Part shown: piece after piece, positions 44,054 to 57,024 of the stretch
Layout of the letters: each line of letters opens with the position of its first letter
Numbering within the stretch: the first letter of the stretch is position 1
Source: Balanoglossus misakiensis
Lineage: Eukaryota; Animalia; Hemichordata
DNA: 64,000 nt
Reading direction: 5' to 3'
Assembly (NCBI GenBank): GCA_040954595.2
Contig: CM082598.2
Location: forward strand, 4,148,607-4,212,606
Notes under the pieces: generated by a model
The model's database searches: none
The model's input: the letters and a program-made list of their open reading frames with translations, nothing else
What the model was told of the DNA's origin: nothing
Made by a program: the position numbers and the translations under genes

Positions 44054-47000
44054 CTGTCTGTATGTATGTATGTATGTATAATGTATGTACAAAAATGTAT
44101 GTATGTATGTATGTATGTATGTATGTATGTATGTATGTATGTATGTATGTATAATGTATGTACAAAAATGTACAATGTATGTATGTATGTATGTATGTAT
44201 GTATGTATGTATGTATGTATAATGTATGTACAAAAATGTATGTATGTATGTATGTATGTATATATGTATGTATAATGTATGTACAAAAATGTACAATGTA
44301 TGTATGTATGTATGTATGTATTTATGTATGTATGTATGTATGTATGTATGTATGTGAGATTAGGAACTTCTTTAACCAAAACATATAAACATATCATGCG
44401 GTAATTTCGATTTTAACCCATAATTATAACATGCCATTCATACTGACAAATGCATATACATTGACAATGGTATAATTTGACGAATTATCAAATCTTACCT
44501 TTTTGGAGATCACGCTTCAAGAGAATATACAACAACAAATAAGTCTTCTTTTCATTTACAGGTTGGAGTGTCCGGCGCGCCGTATGGTGTTCGTATTGGA
44601 GCATTGTCGTTTGCATCTAAGCCAAAGCCTTATTTCTCTGCCAGTGATGACTATGCACTGACAACAGAAACTGCAATCGCAGAACTGGATAAAATCAGCT
44701 ATGATGGTAAGGCGAGGGTTTAGTCATATTCATGCTTATCAAAATCGTCTGCGTTTTCGCAATCTAGAATTGGGAGGAGTGGAGTGGTGATAGCTTACCT
44801 TAAAGGGACATAAGCTTTAACTTTTGGCCACATTTTTATAATAATGTTGTTCTGTGTACCAAATGCAATGTAATACATGCTAATACCGGTGTATGCTAAT
44901 ATACGCTATGTCTACAGTATTTTGCTTTGTGTATCTATTGTAATTGTTCAAATCCTTTTAATTCAAGTCCGGACTACAATTCATTTGTCAACAAAACAGT
45001 TACACATATAAATGTATGTCGACAAGTGAAGTACTGGGTACATTAGCATGCTGTTTGGAGTAGAACAAGAAATTGCACTTGGTACACAAAACAAAAATAC
45101 TGGAAAGCCAAAAGTTACAGGTAATGGCCCCTTGATACTAGTATTTGCCTTGTATTTGTTTGTTTGTTTTTGTTTGCTTATTGTTTGTCTTAATCTTCAG
45201 ATCATGGTGACCACAGAGGAACTGCTACAACACTTGCTTTGGTGGAATTGACTGAAGTCATGATTCCATTGGACATGGCACGTCTCCAAAATGACAATGC
45301 CAGGAAAGTCTTATTTCTCATCACAGACGGTACGTATTTAGTCTTGGCTGAAGCACGATTTCTGTCGCAGACTGGTCGCCGCCATCTTGTCTGTTGTCAG
45401 GACAGCACACTGCCTTATGCCATTGGCTGTATACAATTTTTTTAAAACCAGAGTCTCTGGTTTAGCACATGCACATAAGATGATCGTCGCCCTTTAAAGC
45501 ATGCAGATGAAGATTCAAATTTATTCTCACCAAACAGTCTGATAAAGATAACTCTGATATTCTAAATTCCATAATTAAAAGAAAAGACAATAGTATTTGA
45601 CGACTGTAGGTTCTCCTTATACAAAGCTGACCAGTAATACACCCTATACATTGACATTTCATGCGAATACTTTTTCTCGTGCGTAGTTTATGTTACAGGA
45701 CGTCTGTTTATTTAATCGCAAATTTCTAAAAAAGTTATATTATACATCTTACATCTCCGTTAGTTCTTGTGTTGTATGTTACTTGGCTTTCAAAACGCCC
45801 AAAATGCTGATACAATCGATCGAAAAACCGCTCAGTTGTCTCAGTGAGCAGCCATCTTTCTTTTTTGTTTATGTGCGTTGGAGTGGGGGTGTCTTGAAAC
45901 CGTCCGCGTAACAACGCGTACCTGTACACAGTGAGTTGGGGCGCCTTGAAACTTAAGGCGTATTTAACACGCGTTCCGTACGTACCGTTCCGTACGGCTT
46001 TTTTAGTGCACGCTAAATTCTATTGTTCTCGGTGCCAGATGTATAATAATCATTTTCATTTTCAGGCGTATCAAATATGGGTGGCAATCCGAGTGAAGAA
46101 GCAACCAGACTGAAAGACGACCATGGCGTGGATATTCATTGTATCGGGATAGGTCCCAGAGTTGATCGAGAGCAACTGGCTACCCTCGTCTCCGAACCCA
46201 AAGAAGAACATTTGTTTCTGTTGTCTGATTATGACCACCTAGAATATCTGGTACAGGCCATGTTCAAAGGGGCGGAAATTGGTAAGATTGAGTTTTTGTT
46301 TTTACATTTACAGTCGCAAAAGTTTAATCTGTAATGTTGCCTGAGTGAAAATTGCAACATTTACAACAGTTACGTCTGCGTTATTTTTAGCTTCTAAGCC
46401 TTGCTCAATACAATTTCCTTATCTCTAGTGGCTAATGTCAATGCGTCCTGGTGTACGCGTCCATCATTGTCTGTGCGTAATTATGGTCAGAAAGGCGTAA
46501 AATACGCAGGATTTTGCGTTAACGGAACCACTGCCAAATCCCAGGGGGTAAACGACAATACTGGCAAGTGTATTTGTATTTGCAAATGTAATTTTGCCGT
46601 TACAGATTACTCGACGTGTGGCCGAGGAGGAGCTGGGCTGAAATCACAGAGAAGTAGTCGTGGCAGGATAGCCGCCGGCGAGGGCGCTGCTCCACGGTCA
46701 TGGCCGTGGCAAGCCGCCATTTACATTAATTCACAGTTTGGATCGGGCAGGGCGTCGGCCCCGGGAAACGTGAGTACATACATAGAGGGCGCTGTTACGT
46801 TGAGATTTTTAAATTTCTGACAATTTTGCTGTCTCAAATTTTCCAAGGTGAACCGTCCCATTTTCCTCGATTTTAGAGAGAATAGTCTGAAATTGTCCTG
46901 AGAATAATATGAGAAAACATTTATGGTTTTGATTTTAAACGTCAAGGCACCATAAGAAAATCGCAGAAATAATTGACGCTGTAGTTTTCAGCCCCGGGAA

Positions 47001-48788
47001 ACTTGGTTTGGCATTTGCTACCTCTCTTGAAGTTTCTCGAACTTCTACCCACTTCAATCAACAACAACAACAACAGCAAAGCATGGCAGATATAGAGCAG
47101 TAGCCCCTATATCTGCTTTGATTTAGCAAAAGAAGAGGATTTAACATCATAATTCAAATTACTGCTTTTTTAAGTTGTGAAATTGTTTTAAGTATATTTG
47201 TTATTTCGATGCCACTTGAGATAAACTTACACACAGCACATGAGGTAATTCAGTTTACCGTATATCTTGTTTCTATTTTTATTATCTTCCAGTATGTCTT
47301 TTTTCAATGCGGCGGTTCCCTCATCAGTAGACGATGGGTCTTATCGGCAGCACATTGTTTTATCCACAAGAAGGCTGAGAATAATATGTGGGCCAGAAAT
47401 GTTCAAGTCAGACTCGGTAAGATGCAACCATCAGTGGGTTTATACTTGACATACTGTAAAACACTTTATTTTCGCGAGCAATTAATTTTCGCCTAATACG
47501 CGAGAGCCAAAATAGCGTGAAAATAAAAAGTCGCGTAAATTGTTTTTGAAGATAACGATGCAGTGAATGAAATAAGAGAACGCGAAAATTAATACTCGCG
47601 AAACAGTGGCCTCTCTCGATGTCGCGAAAAATTTAACTCGCGAAAATAAAGTGTTTCGTTGAGGTGTGAAGCAGACGACCAGAGCATGCGCATTTCCCTA
47701 GTGTTGTTTTATTAGATGCCAGACTAGTCGAGTCGCCTGCTGGATTCTAAAGAACTGCCTGGGCTGTGGTAGATGTTTCAAGTACTTGCTACTTCATGTA
47801 CATTTGGAGTTTCTGAGTAGCTGTGCGTGTACATAACTGTGTGCATGCATGTGGTATATGTAACATATTTGGAATATAGCAGTCCTGTCGGTAACCATGA
47901 CATTTAGTCTGACGGCAATGTGACATATGAAATGTGATTCTCATTTTAGGCATAACTGATCGAAAGAATGATGTTAACACAAAACAAGCCCAGATTATAG
48001 AAGTGGACCGCCTCATCCCCCACGAGAGCTTCACCCTGGAAAGTAACATATACGACTACGACATTGCACTGTTGCGTCTCAAGCATGACGTCCAACTCAA
48101 CGAGTTTGTGAGAACTGTGTGTCTGCCTGACACCAATGAGTTTGATGTGCCCCGTAAGTATGTCACGATTTCTTCCTCACCCCATAGACCCAAAACTAAA
48201 GTGATGTTACAGTGATTCTTATGTTTACATGTATGTTAAAGTATAGGGTGAATCACTGTTTCTAGTTAATGTTCGCAACAATACTGTAACACTTGGAGTG
48301 GGTCTACATTTGCAGGCGAACTCGTAGTTCCGAATGAAGTTGGAACAGTGACTGGATGGGGTCATAACACAACATTACCAGCATCAGCAAGTCGTGGTCA
48401 AGTTAAGCACGTTGATGCGTTGCAACAAGTCACTCTCCCCTTTCGGGGCCGACAGACATGCTCCGACTCTCTCAAACATCCACATACCGATTTCACGACG
48501 CGCATGTACTGCGCAGGTCACGGCCGAATTGTCGGGAACGACACGCTTGTGGCCGACGCCTGTCAGGGCGACTCGGGCGGGCCCATGGTGCGGAAGGTAC
48601 TCGACGACAGCGACCGCAGCCACCGCTGGGTACAGACGGGCATAGTCAGCTGGGGCGTAGGCTGTGCCCGTGACGGCCACTATGGTTTCTACACCCACGT
48701 GTCGAAGTTAATGGAGTGGATTCGCGAGAAAATCGGCGATGATGATGTTGACCTTGCCAATCCCGCCAGTGAGGGCAACGAGGAATGA
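38885..48788 (+). CDS. CFB: Complement factor B/C2-like serine protease (6 CCP - vWA - trypsin), ~959 aa
   Basis: 15 coding exons. Signal peptide MDRFQETILIITLAFLGTSAG: 38885-38951. CCP: 39099-39290, 40076-40252, 40796-41023, 41794-41979, 42416-42595, 42984-43157. vWA: 43714-43934 (MIDAS DASGS), 44562-44706, 45201-45329 (LITDG), 46066-46281. Protease: 46606-46769, 47293-47416 (SAAHC), 47950-48153 (DIALL), 48316-48788 (GDSGGP). All phases join in frame. Confidence 0.93.
39300..39862. repeat. Compound tetranucleotide microsatellite (GTCT/CTTT/CCTT/CATT) with a higher-order duplication
   Basis: Directly visible pyrimidine-rich tract; the block order occurs twice. Confidence 0.97.
40318..40739 (+). 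mobile_element. Family D non-autonomous element (CAGTGTTTCAT TIR, hAT-like), interrupted by MITE A
   Basis: Homologous to 56069-56286. Confidence 0.78.
40358..40559. mobile_element. MITE family A copy nested in a family D element
   Basis: Same TIR and internal sequence as 3209-3419; it interrupts a sequence that is contiguous at 56101. Confidence 0.9.
41056..41353 (+). mobile_element. TTAA-flanked MITE family C
   Basis: TTAA|AGCGCGTAGCTCGTCTCAC ... GTGAGACGAGCTATGCGCT|TTAA; inverted copy at 51897-52199. Confidence 0.9.
41350..41541 (+). mobile_element. MITE family B copy sharing a TTAA with the family C element
   Basis: Matches 6947-7119. Confidence 0.88.
41980..42385. repeat. (GTCT)n/(TATG)n microsatellite interrupted by a MITE
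   Basis: Directly visible. Confidence 0.95.
42098..42270. mobile_element. Divergent family A-related MITE inserted in a (TATG)n microsatellite
   Basis: TA|CTGTAAAACTGGTTATTTTCGCG ... CGCAAAAATAACCCATTTTACAG|TA. Confidence 0.8.
42688..42971. mobile_element. Fold-back/palindromic MITE with ~135-bp arms
   Basis: TATAGGGATAAACTGTGTTACCGCCATCTTGAAAATTTGCAGTGC... and its reverse complement ending ...ACAGTTTATCCCTATA, separated by a short loop. Confidence 0.9.
43172..43378. mobile_element. MITE family A copy
   Basis: Full TIRs with TA on both sides. Confidence 0.9.
43935..44355. repeat. (TATG)n/(TG)n compound microsatellite
   Basis: Directly visible, with recurring TATAATGTATGTACAAAAATG spacers. 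Confidence 0.97.
44800..45134. mobile_element. TTAA-type non-autonomous element (family E)
   Basis: TTAAAGGGACATAAGCTTTAACTTTTGGC ... GCCAAAAGTTACAGGTAATGGCCCCTTGA; internal 44960-45105 resembles 60700-60850. Confidence 0.65.
47454..47656. mobile_element. MITE family A copy with truncated right TIR
   Basis: Matches the other copies; ends AAATAAAGTGTTT. Confidence 0.88.
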
Positions 48789-49553
48789 CGAAGTAAATGT
48801 TGACAACAATCCATTTCGGGAAGCATCTGTCCCCCTCTTGAAGACCAGTTATCAAGTTTATGCCTAAACCCACATGTCTAAGTCTTCCAAAAACACTCTC
48901 TTTTTTTCGCATGGCTTTTTTTACCGTTATCGGCTAAACCTCCACAAAGGATAAGTTGGCCGAGATGACTGTATACCTTTATCATGTTCACCAGCAGATG
49001 GAACTTCTTCTCAGATCACCTTCAGCCAATAGGGTGGCTCTAATGACGTCACTCTCGTCGTTATTTCATCTTGAACTTGGTCAGTGCCGCAGTCGCAGGT
49101 TGACTTCGGTCTGGGAGTTCATTATGCACGTTGCTACATGAAAACATACTAATTATGTATTCTGCTTTATACATACCAGTATAACGCTTATGGAAGGGGA
49201 CAAACAGCTTTCTCAGTAAACTCGTTCAATGTGTAATTCTCTGGTATTAATCTCAGACAGTTTGTTAAAAGTAGAACTGTTTCTGTAATATTCAGATAAC
49301 TAATATTCCATCAGAAAAAGTTAGTTGAAAGTTGTACTGTTTCCGAAATATTCAGATAACTACTATCACCTTCAAATATATTCATGTAACCGCATTTCTG
49401 TTTTAGCATGTCCCGCATTTGATAAAAGAAAAGGAAAATGTCCTTCAGCATAATTAAAGGGATTAATTAGGTGTAACATGTGTATTTTATTGTGGGACAG
49501 GTGACACTTCATCAGTGGGTATTGTTTAAGGTTGAACCGGCACCTTATGTGCA

Positions 49554-49906
49554 TTAAAGGGACTAAGTCTCTCTCTCGCTGCCCTTTTTCCATTAATTAT
49601 GTTTGATACAGGACACTGTTTGTTATTGTACATGTGGATATATAGTGAGTCAATGTTCGACCACACACAATTTCTGTTTGTAGGATATGAGATGAGCGTA
49701 AAAATCTCGCCAAAATGAATAAATGGTAAACACTGATTATTCGTTTTGGCGAGTTTTTCACTCTCGTGTCTACAAGTGGGATGGAAGTTGTGTGTGGTCG
49801 AACGTTGATTCACTATATATCCACATGTAGAATAACATAAACAGTGTATTGTATCAAACATAATTAATGGAAAACGGGCAGTGAGAGAGAGACTTTGTCA
49901 CTTTAA
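49554..49906. mobile_element. TTAA-flanked MITE with ~120-bp inverted arms
   Basis: TTAAAGGGACTAAGTCTCTCTC...CGACCACACACAA and TTGTGTGTGGTCG...GAGAGAGACTTTGTCACTTTAA. Confidence 0.85.
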
Positions 49907-51237
49907 CACGTGAAATAGGGAGCGTTCTTGCGCTATCGCCTACCTTGAAAGCAGGCGTCATAAAATTGACAGTTGGAAAACATTTGCTCATTAGAGTAAA
50001 GTGGTCGTTATCAGCAATCGTTGCACAAAGAAAAGCTAATGAAGTGTCACAAACTCAAATGTCACATCTGTGGTTGTATTCTCATTATCCTGCCACCAGG
50101 GCTCCTGCCAGCAACAAACAAATTTCATAAAATATTCGCATCGCCCCCCTTGGATTGTCATCATGATCTCCACAGTTAGAATAAACAACAAACAAAGCAA
50201 ACAAAAACCAAAATTCATTGCAACAACGTATCTTGTGTTTGACAGGAGGCCAGAAATGTAAAAGCACCTTTTTCAGTCTTTTTTATAATGCTGGTATTTG
50301 CACTGGGAAAGTTTTCACATTCCATATCTTTATATGTAGAGTTTTGAAAAAAAAAGATGATGCTCATAGTTGAAATGTTCACAAAATCTGCCGAAAGAGA
50401 TGCTTTGTCCAACAAAGTTATTTCTTTAGATACATCTTTAGATGTTTGTTCTCGCATTGAGAGTGCGTTCAACACTCAACCCATATTATCGACCTTCTCA
50501 CTCCTGTTTTCTCTATATTTTGTTATCATTCAGTCACAGATGTATAAAGTGCGTAAGAATTTGGAAACATTACAATAGATATTAATAATGATTAGTCACT
50601 GTGACATTGAATAATAATTAATATATTGGTCACATATGGCACAAGCATATTGATGAGGTTCGCTATTAGTATATATATAGTCCTGGTTTTAGTCAGAGAA
50701 CTTACACTTCAAAGACAACACAGGCTGTAGTTTGATCAAACAAGTAATGTAAGTATATTTGACTTTTTTATCCAAATGTAAATCTATTTGGTTGCAGTTG
50801 GTATATGTACTCAATGAGACGAATCCAGGTTATCATCTTTAGCGTCAGATAATTTTTGAAGATTCTTTTTATTATTAATAGTAGTGTTTTAGGTCCATCA
50901 CCTTTAGCCGTCGTTTTAGCAAACTGTATTTTAGATGGGTGGCGAATTTAAAGAATGACAGGCTTCTGTCTTTCAAATTTTAAATTATGATTGAATATCG
51001 ACAAAGTAGATAATTCTCTTTAATTCTGTCACCCTTCAAATTTGCCTCAGTCCCATCTTCCTGTTTAGACATGGGAAGGATGCAAACCTCAAACCAGCCT
51101 GTTTGTATGCTTTGATGTTGGTTCTGTTGTGCATGAGTTCTTAAACATGCAGCCATCTATCCACCCAAAACAAACAAACAAACACACATAGTCGTAATTT
51201 TGTAAATCATCGTTTCCCTTTTCTTCATTACAGGGAA

Positions 51238-54200
51238 ATGAAGTTACTGCTTGTAATTGCTGCCATAGCTGTAGCTACGGTAGAGTCCTATGGTAAGCCA
51301 CCATTTTGTCTTCTTGGATTCGACAGAACAAAGCGACCCAGTAACTTATGCTTTTTCCATTGCAGGCAAACCTGAAAAGCCACCTGTGGTCTGGACTGCA
51401 ATGAATGCTTTCGTGAAAGAATGTATGATCCTAAACAAAACACAAAACCCAATTTCTTCCCTAGTGTCCACGCAGTAGACTTGCAACACTGTAGACAATA
51501 TATTTGAACTGAGACTGGCAACAATTTGTACATCCCAGTTTATGCAGCTCAATCCGTTTTCATTGTAACACGCCTCATGTCATATCACTCAACCTCAATT
51601 TTCAGACAATGTTGCTTTGAACAAGCCTGTGGGCGGCAAAAGACTGATAAGTGGGCAAGACACCTGGAGATATCTGACGGACGGCGACCCGAACACCTGC
51701 GCCGATTCCGGCGCGCTCGTCCGCAATCCAGCCTTCAAGATTGATTTGGGCCAAGAGCACATTGTTCACAGCGTCAAATTGGTATTCGCACCGAACTGTG
51801 ACAACACCATCAGTGGAGCCGGATGTAAGTGTCAATATTTTTCAACAGCCATCCAATACTTCATCAGCATAATCAACGAATGTTGAAAATACAGTATTAA
51901 AGCGCGTAGCTCATCTCACACGCATGCTCCAACTGTAGCCGCTGGTTATACAGACATTTAGTGAACAGTCAATCCCATAAGGCAGTGCTCACACAAGATG
52001 GCGGCGACCATAATATGTGTCGGAGATAGGGAAAAAACACTAGCTTGGGTGAAAAGGAGGGACAAAACCAGAATCTACTTATACGGTGCGCATGAAATAT
52101 GGAAAGAAGCGAAGGCAGTCCACTATTTGAATGCATCAAACGGAAAATTTGCTGGAAAGTTACGCGCATGCGCCTGAGACGAGCTAGTACCCGCTTTAAA
52201 GGCTAACGATTGTCCTATGTGCATATCCAAAATTTCGCGTGTACAAATTATATTTAGTCCAATCCAAATCTTCTGCAAGTGAGTGGGGGAGTGAGTGAGT
52301 GGGAGTTTGGGTGAGGGTACGGGTTGGTGTACTGGTGGGTTTAGTCAGTAGGTAGGTGGGTTGGTTTGTGAATGATAGAATGGGCGAATGAATGAATGTT
52401 GAATGAATGAATGAATGAATGATTAATGAATGTTTTATTAATTAATTAATTAATGATTTGATATGCTGTGAGACCTATTAATCAGCCAGCAGTCAAGCGT
52501 TCAAACCCTAATAATGATACTTATTTTTAATTTCCGTTTAAGGTGGGTTCGAAACCACTACAATTGAGGTTGGCGATGGCCAAGACTGGAGGCAGGATCA
52601 AGACTGTAAAGTAATAAACCTTAAGAGTAAAAATGCAAAGGGGTCAAGGACAGTGGTGTGTTCGCCAGGTCCTGTTATTGGTAGCCACGTTGTATTTCTC
52701 AAAACATCATCGAAGAATCGAGCTATATACCTCTGTGAACTCGAAGTGTATGGAGAACCTGTTGGTGAGTACACTGCATTGTATTGTATTGTATTGTATT
52801 GTATTGTATTGTATTGTTTTGTATTGTATTGTATTGTATTGTATTGTATTGTATATTGAGAAATGAAACATTGAATATGATTGTAGTTTATTTTGTGTTG
52901 TGTCGTATCGTATTGTATATTATTTTGTATTGAACAATGTTTTGCACTAAATTATACTGTATATTACGTTGCATTTTCAATCAAAGAGAAAAGTGCATTT
53001 AACAAACAACGTCCGCGGTCCGGGTCATTATTTTCCCCGTTGCTATGAAAAGATGGACCATTTAGCATCCTTATCCAAGTGATACATGTGTGTTGTAAAT
53101 CTTTGATTTCAGTTAACGTTGCCCTCAACAAAGAGGTTGGCGGGAAGCGGTTACCTAGCGACGGTCTGGCTACTTTGCCAAGTCTGGTGGATGGTGATGC
53201 GGCCACGTGTGCTGACTCAGGCTCGTTGGTTTACCGACCAGCCCTCCAAGTCGATTTAGGCAAAGAGTACATCGTTAAAGCTGTCAAACTAGTGTTCCCA
53301 TCGGACTGTAAAAACACGATCAGCGGATACGGCTGTAAGTATATGCCTCTTGTAAAATTATTGTAATTGATAAAATATTTCAACCTTCTCTTTATCCTTA
53401 GTCCACAAATGACACTATTTTGGATTGCAACGATTCTAATACTCAGTGATTTTGTTAATTTTATATCAAAAATACAAGTGTTCTGAGAAAAACAAAATTC
53501 AATTCATGAATTACTACGATTACAATATTTATTTCCTTTTCTTAATACTATAAACAATAAATTTTGCCAGGGAGAGCAACTTCAGTTTGTTTTTACTCTT
53601 CATTAGTGTAATGTATTTAAAGTAAGATATGTCCTGACGAAAGTAATCATGTAAATATCAGGTCTTATGAATGATACTGTAAAACACTTTATTTTCGCGA
53701 GCATTAAATTTACGCTAAATACGCGAGAGCCAAAAAAACGCGAAAATAAAGACTCGCGTAACAGTGGCCTCTGTCGATATCGCGAAAATTTTGACTCGCG
53801 AAAAAAAAGTGTTTTACAGTAGTTAAAACAGAAAACCTCAATGTTATATCTTCCAGGTAGCTATCGCGATTCACTGATTGAAATCGGTGAGGGTCGGGAC
53901 TGGAGGGTCGACCAGGACTGCACAACAATGAACCTCGCCCCAGAGAATGCCAAGGGTCAGATCACTCGAGTGTGTAGTCCAGGCCCGATCGTCGGAAGAT
54001 TCGTCACCCTGCTCAAGTTGCTACAGAACGACCGAGCGATACATCTCTGTGAACTGAAAGTGTACGGGGAACCTGTGAACCCACGTGAGTATTATTATTA
54101 TTATTATTAATCTTAATTTCAGACACAACCGTCCATAGATATTAGTTACAAAAAACTGGCAAAAAACACTAAAAAAAACTAATAAATAAAATAAGTTTAA

Positions 54201-57024
54201 CAGTTTAACATTATACAGAGTTTCTCACACTTCTGGTCGCGGCGAGGGTGTGGAATCGAGAGAGTGTGAACAAATCGATCCCACACTCTAGCAGATTCGA
54301 CAGGTCTACCGTACATGACGCGAGCTCTGATTGGATAACAAAGCGTTCAGTAATAACTGGCGCTAAATCTTATCCAATGGCATCATGTGTAAGACATGGG
54401 CAGAAAATACACAACGTAAGGTCTACATAAAGCGAGCTCTGATTGGATGACAAGCATTCTGTAATAACTGGCGCTAATTGTTATCCAATGGCGTCATGTG
54501 TATTAAAGACATAGGCAGAAAATACTCAACATGCCAGACGATAGTTAAAAAGCATCCGATCTGTTGTGAAAGCTTTGTCTTTAAAAATGTAAAACGCGTT
54601 GGTCGAGAGGCTTGAGACAAGAAGATCAAGAAGGGCGGCATTTGTTCTGTGCTAACTCTATGTGGTGAAGACGCCTGCAGTTTTAATGACGTCAACTTTT
54701 TTCTTTTGAACCAACCGCAGCCACACTTCCTCCACCAACTACTTTACCGCCACCACCACCAACAACTGAACCACCACCACCACCACCACCGACCACACCC
54801 GCACCACCACCACCACCACCAACTACTGAAGCGCCAATAGGTGAGTACATATATCACTTCAATCTCTTTGACATGCTTATGCGGCACCATGTTTAATGCC
54901 TTGCCTAAAATACTGAGTACTTACAATGTACAAAGGTAAAGTTTTTGGCGAAACATTGAAACAGTGTAGCAATATTATATATGTACTTTCCCCTATAAAA
55001 TAGTTCAAATAATCGATAATTATTAACTGTATGAGTGTCATTTGTTTGCAAAATTCTACCAAAATCTCATTCTAACATTTGCTAAACTCATCTTGTTTTC
55101 AGATATTACAACCATACCTACAACAGCCGGTAAGTGCAACAATTATTTGACTGATGCAAGTTTTTTAATGTTTCATAGTTCAAAGCTCTATGTTTGGCCA
55201 GTAGCTGGACCCAGTGTCTCAGCAAATATCCAGTGTCTGTGGGGAGCAAAGGCATCCGGAATTTCTGGTTCTAAGGCTTTTGAACCACTTCTATTTAGGA
55301 TGGATGAATTGAGATACATATGCTTCAATTGGCTATTTTTTTTCAATACAATATACTCCTTTTCTTTTATAAATTGTACCATCTCTTTCATGAAAAACTT
55401 GTTGAAACATTGACGTGACATACACATTTCAATGGTTTTTAGTTCAACATCATCTAACCACAGCAATGGTTATTGGCTGTCACACACGAACACAGACATA
55501 CACACATACATTCGTACATACGGTATATGAAGTTTGCGGTTCGACTTATCCCATACAAAGTGCTCATAGTAGAGCAGAATATAAAGTTAGGATAATTGGA
55601 GAAACGAAAGGTGGTATAATCTCTACAACGCTGTTCCGTATGTAAGTCACTGGACTATATATATACCACCTATCGTTTCTCCAACTACCCTAACTTTACT
55701 TACATACAGCACATATATACATACATATCATAACATACACAGTGACAATAAACAAAAATACCCTGTACAACTCTCCAGAAAACCTGACATTAATGTTTTG
55801 TCAATTTTTTTTATAGCATGTGAATACCCAGCTAACCTAGTTAACGTGGCTATGGGCTCATCAGTTAGTCAGAGTTCAACAAATGCTAAAGTTGGTGGAA
55901 CAGCTGACAAGGCCGTGGACGGCAACAAGAACAGTGACTTGAGGGCAGGAAAGTCTTGCACACAAACGAACAAAGAATTCCAGCCGTGGTTTAAGATGGA
56001 CTTGGGAGAATCTCGCGATATCCACAAAGTAGTCATCACCAACAGACAGGATTGTTGCTGTAAGTATACAGTGTTTCATTCAGGATGGTACCGGTCAGCA
56101 GGGGGGATATGTCCCTCTTTGCCAGAATATTTGAGGGGGATTCCACTCTGGCAAAGGGGGACTGTAATATCTTCAACAGTGACATAATTTTAAGGGGTAC
56201 TGGTCCCCCCCTTGACAAATTTTCTAGAGGGTGCCATCATGTCAATAGGGGGTGAATCCCCCATCCCCCATCTAGATGAAACACCGGAGTATATGAATAT
56301 CATCCACCAAAACACGTTGACAAATAGTCAATTTTCATAAGAATTCCTACACAGGGCCAATATATCATGGATAAGGGTTTATCATCTCAAATTAAATTGT
56401 TTAGCAGCATTATTCTCCGAAGGGGAAAGTTTCAATGCATTGTGACGACAGTTGCAATGTACCATCTGGGCTTTTTGACCCCCCCCCCCCTGTCAAATGG
56501 TGAAGCCCAGTATTCATCCGGTAGTTGTACGCTATAGACAATTCTGACAAGTCAACAAGCACTTAAAATGCTTACCCATAGTAACATATGGTGCTAAGGT
56601 CGAATGTTTCACTTAATAATGCGTTCTTCCATATACCATCAGCCTTCCATATACCACTGTCACTCCTAATTAAAGGCCCACAGTACTGGACGTGGACACA
56701 CAAAACCACCATACTGTAAACATGGCCAAATGTTACAGCTAATGGCGCTCTAATAAGAATAAGGTTCTCATGTTAACATACTGTACTTGCATTGCAGCTT
56801 TCCGTATCAAGAACGCAGAAGTTCGCGTTGGCGACAGCCCTAACATGGCAGAGAATCCAGTCTGTGGTCACATGGTGTTGGGCAAGAGATCCCGCCAGGA
56901 GACCATTACTGTGGGCTGTGGTTGCGACACTCCCATGACTGGAAGATACGTCAGCATCCAGCTGATCGACAAGACCCAGATGCTGCACTTTTGCGAAGTA
57001 GAGGTCCTTGCTTTGCCCAACTAA
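51238..57024 (+). CDS. Secreted F-type lectin (fucolectin / F5-8 type C-like) with three domains and a Pro/Thr linker, ~539 aa
   Basis: Exons 51238-51292 (signal peptide), 51366-51422, 51606-51824, 52543-52764, 53113-53334, 53857-54084, 54721-54840 (PT-rich), 55103-55129 (27-bp microexon), 55817-56059, 56798-57024. Motifs NVAxxK, AVDGN, PWFKMDLG, TNRQDCC, LCE(L/V)EV. AATAAA at ~57052. Confidence 0.9.
51897..52199 (-). mobile_element. MITE family C copy (inverted)
   Basis: Reverse complement of 41056-41353, TTAA-flanked. Confidence 0.9.
52779..52853. repeat. (GTATT)n pentanucleotide microsatellite
   Basis: Directly visible. Confidence 0.95.
53677..53819. mobile_element. MITE family A copy with internal deletion
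   Basis: Both TIRs and TA flanks are present; the middle is missing. Confidence 0.88.
54320..54530. repeat. ~111-bp tandem duplication in a lectin intron
   Basis: GCGAGCTCTGATTGGAT...TTATCCAATGGC.TCATGTGT...GGCAGAAAATAC occurs twice. Confidence 0.85.
56069..56286 (+). mobile_element. Family D non-autonomous element, uninterrupted copy
   Basis: CAGTGTTTCAT ... ATGAAACACCG termini; internal sequence matches 40318-40739. Confidence 0.78.

Noticed and set aside
43906-44397. YIHT/MYVC-repeat ORFs on both strands
   Set aside because: Translations of the (TATG)n microsatellite.
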